A stretch of DNA of 64,000 nucleotides, from positions 544,001 through 608,000 of the forward strand of contig CAWHHI010000006.1 in assembly GCA_963829055.1 (NCBI GenBank). Direction: 5' to 3'. This document shows, piece by piece, positions 10,620 to 20,537 of this stretch; position 1 is the first letter of the stretch; the number at the start of each line of letters is the position of its first letter. The notes under the pieces were generated by a model, which searched no databases, had not been told where the DNA came from, and was given only the letters and a program-made list of their open reading frames with translations. The position numbers and the translations under genes were made by a program. Origin of the DNA: an uncultured Gemmatimonadaceae bacterium (GTDB lineage: Bacteria; Gemmatimonadota; Gemmatimonadetes; Gemmatimonadales; Gemmatimonadaceae).

Positions 10620-11770
10620 CGTCCTGGGGACCGGAGATTGGGGACCGGGGACTCGGCCGCCACCACCTTCGCCGCGCCGGCGGCACTACGGAATGGCAGC
10701 GTCAGCTGGACCAGTGTACCTCCGCCTTCATCCTTCGAGCGAGGGAGCAACTCGAGCCGTGCGTGCGTCCCGTACATTGTCGTTAGGCGCTCACGGACGT
10801 TCGCCAGGCCGAGTCCATTGCCCGGTGCATCATGATGCGCGCTCGGCGGTGCGGCGAGGCCAGCGCCATCGTCACTCACGCACAGCACGAGGGAGTTCCC
10901 CTCCCGTCGCGCCGAGATCTGCACCGAGCCACCTTCGGCTCGCTTCGAGATGCCGTGTCGGAGCGCGTTCTCGACGATGGGCTGCAGGAGGAATTCGGGC
11001 ACGGCGGCGTCGAGCAGATCGTCTTCGACGTCGAAGCGCACCCGAAGACGATCGGAGAAGCGCACCTGCTCGATGGCCAGGTAGCGCTCGAGAAAGCGAA
11101 GCTCCGAGTCGAGCGAGACCTCGTGCGCCTTGTCGCTGCGCAGGACCTGGCGCAGTACGTCGCTCAGGAGATCGAGCATGCGCCCGGCCGCGACCGTGTC
11201 CTGATCGCGCACCAGCACGGTGATGGCGTTCAGACTGTTGAACAGGAAGTGTGGATGCAGCTGCGTCCGGAGCGCGCTCAGGCGGGCTTCCGCGACCTGC
11301 GCCGCGAGCCGCGCGGTCTGCGCCTCGCGCTCCGTCGCCTCCACGAAATACGTGAAGGCGTACATGCAGCCGAGGATCGTGAAGTACATGAACGTGCCCC
11401 ACGGGATCGTCGTGAGGAGCCAGTTCGTGAGATGCTGCGTCTTCGTGATCTGGGATGGGCCAATGCCGAGCACCCACCGGAGCGACGCGCCGGCACTCGC
11501 CCACCCGATGCAGAGCAGCAGCGCGCCGCCGGCGTGCGCGAGCAGATTGCGTCCGACGATGGGCGGACGAAGCGGGAAGCGCCGCGCGAGCCAGTACACC
11601 AGCGGCGTGAGGGCGCCGAGGATGAGCCACTCGTTCGCCTGCCAGAACACCTCCTGCCAGCTCGTCGGCCTGCCGGCGAGCACGCCCTGGACGTACGTGA
11701 GCCCACCGTCGAGGACGGCCGGCACAACGCAGGCGGCGGCGATCACGAGCCAGAGTCGACCGATCTTCAC
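10616..11770 (-). CDS. LytS-type membrane sensor histidine kinase
   Basis: TM helices, QLHPHFLFNSLN, LQPIVENALRHG, DDGAG, GLGLANV. Confidence 0.93.
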   Translation of the reverse strand: MKIGRLWLVIAAACVVPAVLDGGLTYVQGVLAGRPTSWQEVFWQANEWLILGALTPLVYWLARRFPLRPPIVGRNLLAHAGGALLLCIGWASAGASLRWVLGIGPSQITKTQHLTNWLLTTIPWGTFMYFTILGCMYAFTYFVEATEREAQTARLAAQVAEARLSALRTQLHPHFLFNSLNAITVLVRDQDTVAAGRMLDLLSDVLRQVLRSDKAHEVSLDSELRFLERYLAIEQVRFSDRLRVRFDVEDDLLDAAVPEFLLQPIVENALRHGISKRAEGGSVQISARREGNSLVLCVSDDGAGLAAPPSAHHDAPGNGLGLANVRERLTTMYGTHARLELLPRSKDEGGGTLVQLTLPFRSAAGAAKVVAAESPVPNLRSPGR

Positions 11771-11779
11771 GTCGAGAAG

Positions 11780-12901
11780 CTATCGAACGGTCGGGTGCAC
11801 AGGCGAGCGTCGGCAGCAAACGGCGCCCCGGACGCAGCAACCGGTCGCGCTACGCGGCGAGTGGTTCGTTAGGCGCGGGTTGTCATTCCGAGCGGAGGCC
11901 GAAGGCCGCAGTCGAGGAATCGCGACCGTCCGGACAGAGAGCCCTCTACCGAGTACACTCTCGATTCCTCGACTCGCCTGACGGCTCGCTCGGAATGACA
12001 ACCTCCGCTCGGAATGACAGCCGGCGAAGTCGACGGCCGCGGCGATCGTCTCCGGGTCACGCAGGATGCGCTTGTGACCGAGCGATGGCGCCGGAACCAG
12101 CCGACTGCCTGTCCACGCGTCGGCCAACTGCGTCGCGAACGTGAACGGGACCTCGCGGTCCGCCGGGTCGTGGAAGATGATCGCGGGCACGTCGGTCCTG
12201 CGCGCCGCGACGAGCGCGTCGAGCGATTCGACCGACCGACCCACGCGCTCGACCACCCGCCGCATCATCCCCACCGCACGCTCCGCGGGAAGCCCGATCG
12301 CTCGGCTGAACCGATCGACGTAATACGCCGGTCCGGGTGCCGGCGAGAAGAGCACCGCGCCCCGCACCGGAAGGGCGAGCTCCGTGATCGCGAGGACAGC
12401 CGCGGCGCCACCGAACGAATGACCCACGACCACCTCCGGTGCTCCAAGCGCACCACACACCGCGTCGATCGCGCGGAGGAAATCGACCAGCGAGCTCTCG
12501 CGACCGGGCGACTGCCCGTGTCCCGGCATGTCGAAGACGACCGCGCGATGGCCGGCGCGTGCGAACGCGCGCGCGAGCGGCATCATGTCGGACGCAGAAC
12601 CGCCCCACCCGTGGAGCAGCATGACCGTCGGTCCGTCGCCTATCACGGATGCTGGCACCTGAAGCGAGCCGCCTCGCACACGAATGTCCAAGGTTCGGAT
12701 GCGGCCGTGGCCGATATCATCAATGGCTGCTTTGTGGCTCGACGTAGGCCGCTTCTGGCGCGGTGGTGTCACGAACATCTTCGCCGCACGTCGCTCAGCG
12801 GATTCCGGCGCAACGCGTGATTCAAGGGCGAACCAGAGTCGAAGCGCTCTGAGGCTCGCCGGAACAGCGCGATCGGTCGTGCTTTTTATGGTGCGGCTCA
12901 T
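11780..12901 (-). CDS. Alpha/beta hydrolase; C-terminus reads through the repeat element
   Basis: LLHGWGG, FDMPGHG, GHSFGG nucleophile elbow, HDPAD, LGHKRIL. Confidence 0.88.
   Translation of the reverse strand: MSRTIKSTTDRAVPASLRALRLWFALESRVAPESAERRAAKMFVTPPRQKRPTSSHKAAIDDIGHGRIRTLDIRVRGGSLQVPASVIGDGPTVMLLHGWGGSASDMMPLARAFARAGHRAVVFDMPGHGQSPGRESSLVDFLRAIDAVCGALGAPEVVVGHSFGGAAAVLAITELALPVRGAVLFSPAPGPAYYVDRFSRAIGLPAERAVGMMRRVVERVGRSVESLDALVAARRTDVPAIIFHDPADREVPFTFATQLADAWTGSRLVPAPSLGHKRILRDPETIAAAVDFAGCHSERRLSFRASRQASRGIESVLGRGLSVRTVAIPRLRPSASARNDNPRLTNHSPRSATGCCVRGAVCCRRSPVHPTVR
11881..12019. repeat. GTCATTCCGAGCG-type palindromic element (family A)
   Basis: TGTCATTCCGAGCG...GAGGAATC...GATTCCTC...CGCTCGGAATGACA with a duplicated terminus; homologs at 18065 and 42387. 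Confidence 0.85.
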
Positions 12902-12918
12902 GAGGACAGGACCGGAGA

Positions 12919-13521
12919 TCAAGTGTGAGTCGAGCTTCGAGCGCCCGCGACCAGAACGTCGAACGCGCCGATCGCGCGGGACTTCGCCAAGGGGTCGCGA
13001 AGTAGGCGCGCGCAGTGGTAGTAGCTGAGCACGACGCCGAACAGCTGAAAGGCGAACAGGTCCGGGTCGACGTCCGACCGAAAATGTCCGGCTTCTATCG
13101 TCAGGCGCACCGACCTCGCGAGCATCTCGAGCCACCGCTGTTGTTGCACGACGAGGGCGTCGCGCGCCGGGCCCGGGCGGTCGTCGAGCTCCGCGGCCGC
13201 GTGCATGAAAACGCACCCGCCGGGAAGGCTTTCATGCTGCTCCCACTGCAGCCAGTGCTCGAACAACGCGCGCAGCCGCGGTTCACCGCGAGGCGCCGTG
13301 AGCGCGGGTGCGACGACGACCTGCGTGAACTTCTCCGCCGCGGCGTTCAGGACGTCGACCTGCAGCGCCTCCTTGGAGTCGAAGTGCGCGAAGAGCCCGC
13401 TCTTGGACATGCCGACGTCCGCGGCGACTTTGCCGAGCGTGATGCCTTCGATGCCGTCGACGCTGGCGGCGCGTAGAGCGGTCTCGACGATCCGGCTGCG
13501 CGTGATGTTCCCCTTGGACAT
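12919..13521 (-). CDS. TetR-family transcriptional regulator
   Basis: ITLGKVAADVGMSKSGLFAHFDSKE HTH; PGGC motif. Confidence 0.93.
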   Translation of the reverse strand: MSKGNITRSRIVETALRAASVDGIEGITLGKVAADVGMSKSGLFAHFDSKEALQVDVLNAAAEKFTQVVVAPALTAPRGEPRLRALFEHWLQWEQHESLPGGCVFMHAAAELDDRPGPARDALVVQQQRWLEMLARSVRLTIEAGHFRSDVDPDLFAFQLFGVVLSYYHCARLLRDPLAKSRAIGAFDVLVAGARSSTHT

Positions 13522-13531
13522 ACGAAAACAA

Positions 13532-13549
13532 TACGACCGATCGGTCGTA
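13532..13549. promoter_or_regulatory. TetR operator palindrome
   Basis: Perfect 18-bp TACGACCGATCGGTCGTA just upstream of the tetR ATG. Confidence 0.75.
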
Positions 13550-13624
13550 AATAGCAAGATTCAATCTGCGCTTGAAAGAATTGCCTTGCGCGGAGGTGGG
13601 CTGGGCCGTTAAGGTGCTGGACCA

Positions 13625-13708
13625 ATGTCCAACCGCGCCGCCGCCACCTATTACTACTTTAGCTACTGGAAAACCTCCGGGAGCTACAGGCGCGCGCGCA
13701 CGATCTAG
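13625..13708 (+). CDS. Aromatic amino acid attenuator leader peptide [27 protein letters not shown]
   Basis: 27 codons with a YYYFSYW cluster (5 Tyr, 1 Phe, 1 Trp in total) upstream of aroF-pheA-aroH. Confidence 0.88.
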   Translation: MSNRAAATYYYFSYWKTSGSYRRARTI

Positions 13709-13735
13709 ATTCAGAACACCCGCACTGCCTGCGAC

Positions 13736-13770
13736 GAGCTCCCGAGATTCTCGGGGGCTCTTTTTTTTTT
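13736..13770 (+). terminator. Intrinsic terminator of the attenuator
   Basis: GAGCTCCCGAG-att-CTCGGGGGCTC followed by T10; the 5' arm can pair alternatively with CGGGAGCT at 13678-13685. Confidence 0.9.
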
Positions 13771-13798
13771 CCGCCTTTTGCCGGACAAGGAGTCTGAG

Positions 13799-14708
13799 AT
13801 GCTGGAGACCCGACTCACCGCCCGAACCACGCCGACCCAGGCCGCGACGGTCATTCGCATCGCGGACGAGACTGATCGGCGGTCCGGCATTCACCGTCAT
13901 TGCCGGACCATGCTCGGTCGAGGGGCGCGAGATGCTGCTCCGGTCCGCGGCGGTCGTACGCGCGTCCGGCGCGCGTCTCCTGCGCGGAGGCGCATTCAAG
14001 CCCCGAACCTCTCCGTATGCATTCCGCGGACTCGGCGCCGCCGCGCTGGAGATGTTGGCCGAGGCACGCGAGGTGACCGGGTTACCAATCGTGACGGAGC
14101 TGATGGACGCCCGGGACATCGACGCCGTCGATGCGGTTGCTGACCTCATCCAGATCGGCGCGCGGAACATGCAGAACTTCTCGCTGCTCGCTGCCGTTGG
14201 CGAGCGAGGCACGCCGGTGCTGCTCAAGCGCGGCATGTCGGCGACGGTGACCGAGCTCTTACTGGCGGCCGAGCACATCATGGCGCATGGGAACTCGCGA
14301 GTGATTCTGTGCGAGCGCGGCATCCGCACCTTCGAGACGTCCACGCGCAACACACTCGACATCTCGGCCATCCCCGTCCTGAAGCGTGAGACGCACCTGC
14401 CGGTGATCGTGGACCCGAGTCACGCCGCGGGCCGCGCCGATCTCGTGCCCGCGCTCGCCGCGGCGGCGGTTGCGGTCGGCGCGGACGGGTTGATCGTCGA
14501 AGTGCATCCAGATCCGGCGAGCGCGCTCTCGGACGGGGCGCAGTCGCTGACGCCGGAGGCGTTCGCTGACATGATGCGCATGCTCGCGCCGCTGGCGGAG
14601 GTGTGTGGCCGTCAGCTCGAGATTCCGATCGGGCTCCCGCTCGACGCGCACGACTCATCGCTGCTCGTCGAGAGTGGCTCGCACTCGGCGCTGCGAGTGT
14701 GCGCATGA
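13799..14708 (+). CDS. aroF: DAHP synthase type I-beta (frameshift near 13873)
   Basis: [62 protein letters not shown] before the ATG at 13799. Confidence 0.93.
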
Positions 14709-15371
14709 GCGTGCGCGGGAGCGAGATGCGAGTCGCGACCGCGCCGCGCGTCGCGTATCAGGGTGAGCCTGGCGCGTACGGCGAGATGGCGATCGCGCAG
14801 GAGTGGCGCGGCAACGCGACGGCGTTAGGTGCGCCGACGTTCGCCGAGGCCCTCGGTCAGCTCGGACGCGGCCGGGCGGACTTCGCGGTGATCCCCGTCT
14901 GGAATTCGACGATCGGGGACATCAAGGACACGACCGTGTTGCTGGCGCATCACGCGTCGCGTCTGGAGACGGTCTCCGAGCTCGTTGTCCCGGTCGTGCA
15001 CTGTCTGCTCGGGCTGCCTGGCGCGTCGTTCGCGACGGTGCGTTACGTCGGCAGTCATCCGACGGCGCTCGCGCAGTGTCGCCGGCTGTTCGGGGCGCCG
15101 CGTTCGCTGCAGCCCTGCGTGGCGCATGACACCGCCGGCGCCGCGCGCGAGCTTTCGACGTTAGGCATCCGCGACTCGGTTGCCGCGAAACGGCGCGGCA
15201 CCGTGGTTCGAGCCATACCAGTCTGCGGGCGCTGCGTCGCTGGCGGTGATCGCCGGCGCGGCGGTCGCACAGTTGTATGGTTTGGTCGTGATCGCCGAGG
15301 GGGTGCAGGACAATCCGGAGAACGCCACGCGGTTCGTGGTGGTCAAGGCACAGGACGGTGTGCGTTGGTGA
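14705..15371 (+). CDS. pheA: Prephenate dehydratase, catalytic domain only (frameshift near 15185)
   Basis: [47 protein letters not shown]. Confidence 0.85.
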
Positions 15372-15410
15372 CGTCTCGCCTCGAGCACCCAACCACAGGC
15401 GCAGCCGCGG

Positions 15411-15776
15411 ATGCGCGCCGTCCGCGGCGCTGTAACGGTGGACGCCGACACGCCGGCCGCGATTGACGCCGCCGTGCGTGAGCTGCTCGAACAGCTCACG
15501 GACGCCAATGCGATCGACTCGCGGGACATCGTGAGCGCCATCTTCTCCGCGACGCCCGACCTCCGCAGTCGCAACCCGGCCACGTCGGCTCGCACGTTAG
15601 GCTGGACGGACGTGCCGCTGATGGGAGTGGCCGAGTTCGAGACTGACGGTATGCTCGCGCGGTGCGTGCGCGTGATGCTGCACGTGAGCGTCGCCGACGG
15701 GCGGCGGCTGCAGGCCGTATATCTCGGCGGTGCTGCGTGCCTTCGTCCGGATCTGGCGTCGTTCGCAGAGGCCTGA
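15411..15776 (+). CDS. aroH: AroH-class chorismate mutase
   Basis: RAVRGAVTV, SAIFSATPDL, VPLM, RCVRVMLH, YLGGAACLRPDL. Confidence 0.9.
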   Translation: MRAVRGAVTVDADTPAAIDAAVRELLEQLTDANAIDSRDIVSAIFSATPDLRSRNPATSARTLGWTDVPLMGVAEFETDGMLARCVRVMLHVSVADGRRLQAVYLGGAACLRPDLASFAEA

Positions 15777-16092
15777 GGAAGGAGGCCATAGGAAGGAGGT
15801 TGTCATCCTGAGCGCCGGAAGCGACAGCGAGGGACCTTCTCGAACGTTCTTGTGGCCGGGCTGGCTACAATGACGTTGACGGAATCGGGCCTCTCAGACG
15901 AAGGGTGCTACGGATGCCGCGTCAGCGACGGATAGCCTCCGAGCCGGGACGAGGCACTGTCACGGGCTGTGAAGGGGAACCGCGTCGGATGCATTGTCAT
16001 CCGCTGTCGCGACGCTTCTCGGACAGCGGAGTCAATCCGCTCGATCCGACAGATCCGTTCTCTCCGTCAGTCCTGAGCCGTCCGACGGCGTC

Positions 16093-17392
16093 CTATGGAC
16101 GCAGGTCGATGACCCGCACTGCAGTCCGCGTTGGCGGTCGCGTTTGTGGAGCGAGCCGGCCGCTACGATCGTCGAGGCGCCCGTACTGGCTGTTCGCAAT
16201 GTAGTAGAAGCGAGTTCCGACGAGGACTCCCGTCGTCGGCTGCTGCACGACCGGTAGCCCGCGTTCGATCACCGCGCCCGACGTGATCCGGCTCCCGTCG
16301 GCAGACACACCGTACCTGACGACGCGCGCGAGCGTCGGGATTCCCTGGACGGCGATGAGGCCGTCGCCGTACCAGTACAACCCATCGACGGACGCGGTGC
16401 TCACCGAGTCGGGCGACGGCACAAGCGTGAGACTCTCGCGTCGTCAGGTCCAGCCGCGCGATGCCTTCGAGGAACGCCACGTAGAGCGCGCGTTCGTCGG
16501 GGTGCACCGTGATGCCGTTCGCACTCGTATACCGATCGAGCGGAGGCTGCACGAACAGCTCGAGCGTGTCGTCAGGAGAGCGCAGGCGGTAGATCGAGCC
16601 CTTTTCGGTGTCCGTGAGATAGAGACTTCCGTCGCGCATGACAACGAAGTCGTTCAGCAGGTGCCCGGGCCTGCCACCGTCCGGCGTCCACGACTTGATG
16701 ATCCTGCCTGTCGCGAGCTCGGCGAGAAACAGGCGCGTTATGCTCGGCGGCTCGGTGGAATCGCGATGCGTCGAGTCCGGCGCCCACGTCGCGAACCATA
16801 GGCGCCCGCGCGCGGCGTCGATGTGAATACCGACGACGCGGAGCATGTTCGGCGCGTGAGCGATGTACGGCGTGACGGCGCCGTTAGGCGCGACGGCTGA
16901 AACGACACGCCTGGCGAGACTCCCGACGAGAAATCGGCCGCGCGTGCTGTCGAACGCGAGCGCCTCCGGGACGAAGTCAGGGTCCGCGATCTCGAACGCG
17001 ACTTTCCCGTCGAGAATCGGCAGCCGGTTGGAGAGCAGCCGATTCCGCGCGCTCGCGTAGCCAGGACGCGCTCGCAACGGGGCGAACACGGAGTCCGCGT
17101 TAGGGTCGCGCGTGTCGCCCATGCGCCCGAGTCGCGCGAGCGCGGCGATAGCGGAATCTGGGGCGCCGGAGCGTGCGAAGGCGCGCGCCTGGGCGTAGAC
17201 GACGCCCGGATGACTCGGCGCACGCGCCGCGACTTCCCGCACGTGCGCCGCGTACCCGGCGAAGTCGCCAGCCGCGGCTGCACGTTCTGCGAGCTGCGAG
17301 TGGCAGAAGACATCACACGCTGGCTGCTGTGCGCTGCCAGTCGCGGAAGCGAACGCGAGCGACGTGCAAGCAAGAAGCAGCCGCCGCGCCAT
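16093..17392 (-). CDS. Secreted TPR + SMP-30/gluconolactonase-like beta-propeller protein (frameshifted)
   Basis: Signal peptide, PEALAFD, LNDFVV..DGSLYLTDT, ANGIT, VDGLYW. Confidence 0.75.
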
Positions 17393-17859
17393 CACGTCAG
17401 GTCGGCGTTCCCGTCGATGAACTTCGAGGTTGAAGCGGAACGCCGTGATGCGCCACGTTCGTTGGGTGAGCTCACGAGCGTGAAGTCGTACGTTCCGACG
17501 AACGTCCTCGTGTTCCGCCCTGACGGGGTACGACGGTAGTGCATTGCGATACCGTAACAGGACGCGTCCGCCTCACGGCCACGTACGGTGATCTGAAAGT
17601 TTCCCGCCTGATGATGCAGGAACTCGATCGGGGCGAGGCCCTCCTTCCAGCCGGCAATGATCTGCTCGGCTGACACCGTCGCGGGCTCGCCGCCCGCGAC
17701 CAATGTCATGTCGAAGTCCACGGTGTCCGTCAGACAGGTGCGTATGCCGTCCCAGTCGCGAGTATCCGTATACTCGAACAACCGGACGATGCAGTCGGTG
17801 ATCTGCTGCCGGGCGACGAGATCGGCGAGGCCGCTCGGTACGCGCTGCACGTCGATCAT
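17392..17859 (-). CDS. SnoaL/NTF2-like family protein
   Basis: DTRDWD...DTVDFDMT...HHQAGN...FVGTYDF. Confidence 0.8.
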   Translation of the reverse strand: MIDVQRVPSGLADLVARQQITDCIVRLFEYTDTRDWDGIRTCLTDTVDFDMTLVAGGEPATVSAEQIIAGWKEGLAPIEFLHHQAGNFQITVRGREADASCYGIAMHYRRTPSGRNTRTFVGTYDFTLVSSPNERGASRRSASTSKFIDGNADLT

Positions 17860-17863
17860 CGCG

Positions 17864-17980
17864 TCAGACCGAAGCCAGGGCTTCGTGCTCGACGCGGGTG
17901 CCGAGTGCCGCCTGGAACGGGACCATGACTTCGTAATCCTCGACGAAGTCGCCGACGAGCATCAGAATCTTCTTCGACAT
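17864..17980 (-). pseudogene. DJ-1/PfpI family remnant with an internal deletion
   Basis: N-terminus MSKKILMLVGDFVEDYEVMVPFQA joined directly to a C-terminus-like LGTRVEH; GAGG RBS. Confidence 0.7.
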
Positions 17981-18064
17981 CCGATACCTCCGCGAAACGG
18001 GGCTGCTGAGTTGAGTGACGCACCTGGATTTGCCGTGACGATCGCGCGGAGACAAGTCCTCCGT

Positions 18065-18214
18065 GTCATTCCGAGCAGGTTGTCATTCCGAGCGAGCGGC
18101 AGCGAGTCGAGGAATCGCGATTGTCCTCATAGAGGGGCCGCTCTGCCCGTATGATCGCGATTCCTCATGCGCCCAGAGGGCACCCGCGGCCTGCGGCCTC
18201 CGCTCGGAATGACA
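18065..18214. repeat. GTCATTCCGAGCG-type palindromic element (family A)
   Basis: Same ends as the other copies; core (GAGGAATCGCGAT...AGAGGGGCC.CTCTGCCC...ATCGCGATTCCTC) shared with 42387. Confidence 0.85.
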
Positions 18215-18217
18215 ACG

Positions 18218-19461
18218 CTATCTTCGACGAGCAGTTATCAGAACCTGAATCTCGTCAGGGCGTGGATTGAGGAAGTCCAGCCGTATCCGCCCATCCGGCA
18301 ACGTGCTGACCGTCGTGGTGAATCGAGCTGTTCGTCAGCACCCAGCCCGCCGGCAGCACGACGGCATTCGCCGGACGACCGAAGCCGCGATCCCACACGA
18401 GCTCGTCGCCCGACAGCTTGTAGCGTGCCGTGTCCGTGTACGTCTCGAACATTCGAAGCGAATCGACTCGCCCGCCTTCACCGCCGGGAAGCGAAACACC
18501 ACGACTTCGGTCGTCGGCGTGACATTCTCGCACGTCGAGCTTCGCCTTCGTGATCGCGTCGCCGACCAGCACCTCATGTGGGAGCATCTCACCCGTGTCG
18601 AGGTTTCGCGCCGACGGCTTCGACACCGTGCTGCCCGCGCGCACGACATTGAGATACGTGCTCACGCCGGGCCGCGTCTCCGTGTAGTCGTGATACAGAT
18701 CGAACGCGTGCGTCTCCGGCTGCTGCAGGAAGTACACGATCTCGCGGTTCTGATACGCGCGTTCGACCAGTCGTGCGGCATCAACACTCGACTTCGCGGG
18801 GCCGAGCTTCGGCGCCTTTCGCGCGCGGAGCACCAGCGGTGCTTCGGCCGGCGTGACGTTCCAGAACGTGACCTTGATCCGGCCGTCCGCTTCCTGAAGG
18901 ATCTGCGACGGATAGTTGCAGGCCACGAGCTCGTAGCCGTTAGGCAGCACGACCGCGTTGCGCTTGATGCCGAGCGGTCGGTTGAAGACGATGTCGCTGC
19001 CGTCGAGGAAGTAGCTCTTCGCGTCCTCGTACGTCTTGTCGATCAGGACGCGGGCCTCGCCGCCGTCGGCGGGAACCGGGCGCGCGAGCGCGACGCGGAT
19101 GTAGTCCTGCGTCGAGTCGGCGCCGCGAACGCCGCCGGCGCGTGCGACAGTGCCATTCACCACATCGAATCGGAGGGGCGCTCCGGTCGCACGATCGGTC
19201 ACGCGCTCGTCGCTCGCGACGCTTCCTCGGCGAATGGGATTGAAGTAGTAGCGGGCGCCCGCCGTCGTCGCGGAGACCTCGTAGATGATCCGGAACTTGG
19301 CCGACCCTGGCGCCAGCAGCTCGTATCGGGTGTAGGCGTCGGCCTCGGTCTGCCTGGGCGGCTCGGCCGCAGTGCCTGGTGGCGCCGGTGTCTGCGCGCC
19401 GAGAGACCCGGATGCGATGATCAGAGCGACAAGCGAAGCGCGCAGTGCGCAGTCGAGGCAT
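18218..19461 (-). CDS. Secreted hypothetical protein with an internal duplication (frameshifted)
   Basis: Two similar halves (RNAVVLPNGYEL / ANAVVLPAGWVL; DKTYED / ETYTD); ends NPRPDEIQVLITARRR*. Confidence 0.65.
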
Positions 19462-19466
19462 GAGAG

Positions 19467-20012
19467 TCAGGGGCCGAGCGCTCCGGTGCAGCGCTGGAGG
19501 CACTTCACGGTGAAGAGGCCGGGGTCCGTCGTGAACCCGATGCCGCTGAGCTTCCGCGTGCCCGACATCGCGACGAAGGGGCTGTCGCTCGTCAGACGAT
19601 TCGTGGACACGTCGTAGCGGACGGCGACGCCGTCGATACGACGGCGCGTCGTGTCTGACGTGATCGCCACGCGGCCATGTGCGTCGACCACCGCGCGGTT
19701 CACATGATAGGTGCCGCTCGGCGCGGTAAGACTGCTCAGCGGCCTGCCTAACGTCGTCGTGAACTGCGCGCGGAAGCCACGGAACTCGAAGCGCGTCAAG
19801 GCGTCGAACGACATGACCGTGTCGCCGCCGATCTCGCCGCGACGCAGGCCGTTCGAGGCGAGCACCGAGCGCGCACCGAACATCACCTGTTCGGCGGAGT
19901 CGCGCGCCGTGCCGGTGTTCGGAGCGGCCGAGCGCTGTGGCGAGTTGCACGCCCAGGCCAGGAAAACAACGCTGATTCCGAGGACGAGCCTCGTAACGCG
20001 CACGATGCTCAT
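19467..20012 (-). CDS. LptC-like LPS export periplasmic protein
   Basis: Lipobox-like AWAC, DSAEQVMFG, GIGFTTDP beta-jellyroll pattern. Confidence 0.65.
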   Translation of the reverse strand: MSIVRVTRLVLGISVVFLAWACNSPQRSAAPNTGTARDSAEQVMFGARSVLASNGLRRGEIGGDTVMSFDALTRFEFRGFRAQFTTTLGRPLSSLTAPSGTYHVNRAVVDAHGRVAITSDTTRRRIDGVAVRYDVSTNRLTSDSPFVAMSGTRKLSGIGFTTDPGLFTVKCLQRCTGALGP

Positions 20013-20537
20013 CGGTTCGACCCGCGGTTACGACAGCGTTCCACCCTGGATCCTCGCGAACGGCGGGTCAATGTCCGGATATGTGAACTGCGCGACAGGA
20101 TGGACAAGATGGGCAGGATGGGCGCGCCTGGATAGCGGGCGTGGGTGAGTCAAGATCGGGATCGACGTGGGACGTGCCGAGCGGTCCGACTGGGCGTGCG
20201 CGCGATTGCGGCCAGCGTCGGCGAGCTCCGTCACACGGCAGCGTCTGCTTCAAGCTTCTGGACGACGCGACGTTCTTCGCGGCGAGCTCGCTCGTCGACG
20301 ACGTGGGTCGTCGCTGCACCGCGGTCGTTCAACATCGGCTTCCTGCGTCCGATGCTGCGTGCCGGGCACGGTGACCGCTCGCGGCACGTCGCATGCCGGC
20401 CACTCGCTGTCTGCTACCGACAGCGGCCGCGTGCTACGTGGAGCTGCATGTCGCACGCAGCCCATGCTGCATGTCGAGCCGAGCGGGTGGCAGCGCGCAG
20501 CGAGCCGCCTGGCGATACGCAAGCAGCAAGCTGCAGT

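Noticed and set aside
13572..13798. N-terminal extension of the DAHP synthase ORF in the track
   Set aside because: It is a translation of the promoter, leader and terminator; the real start with an RBS is at 13799
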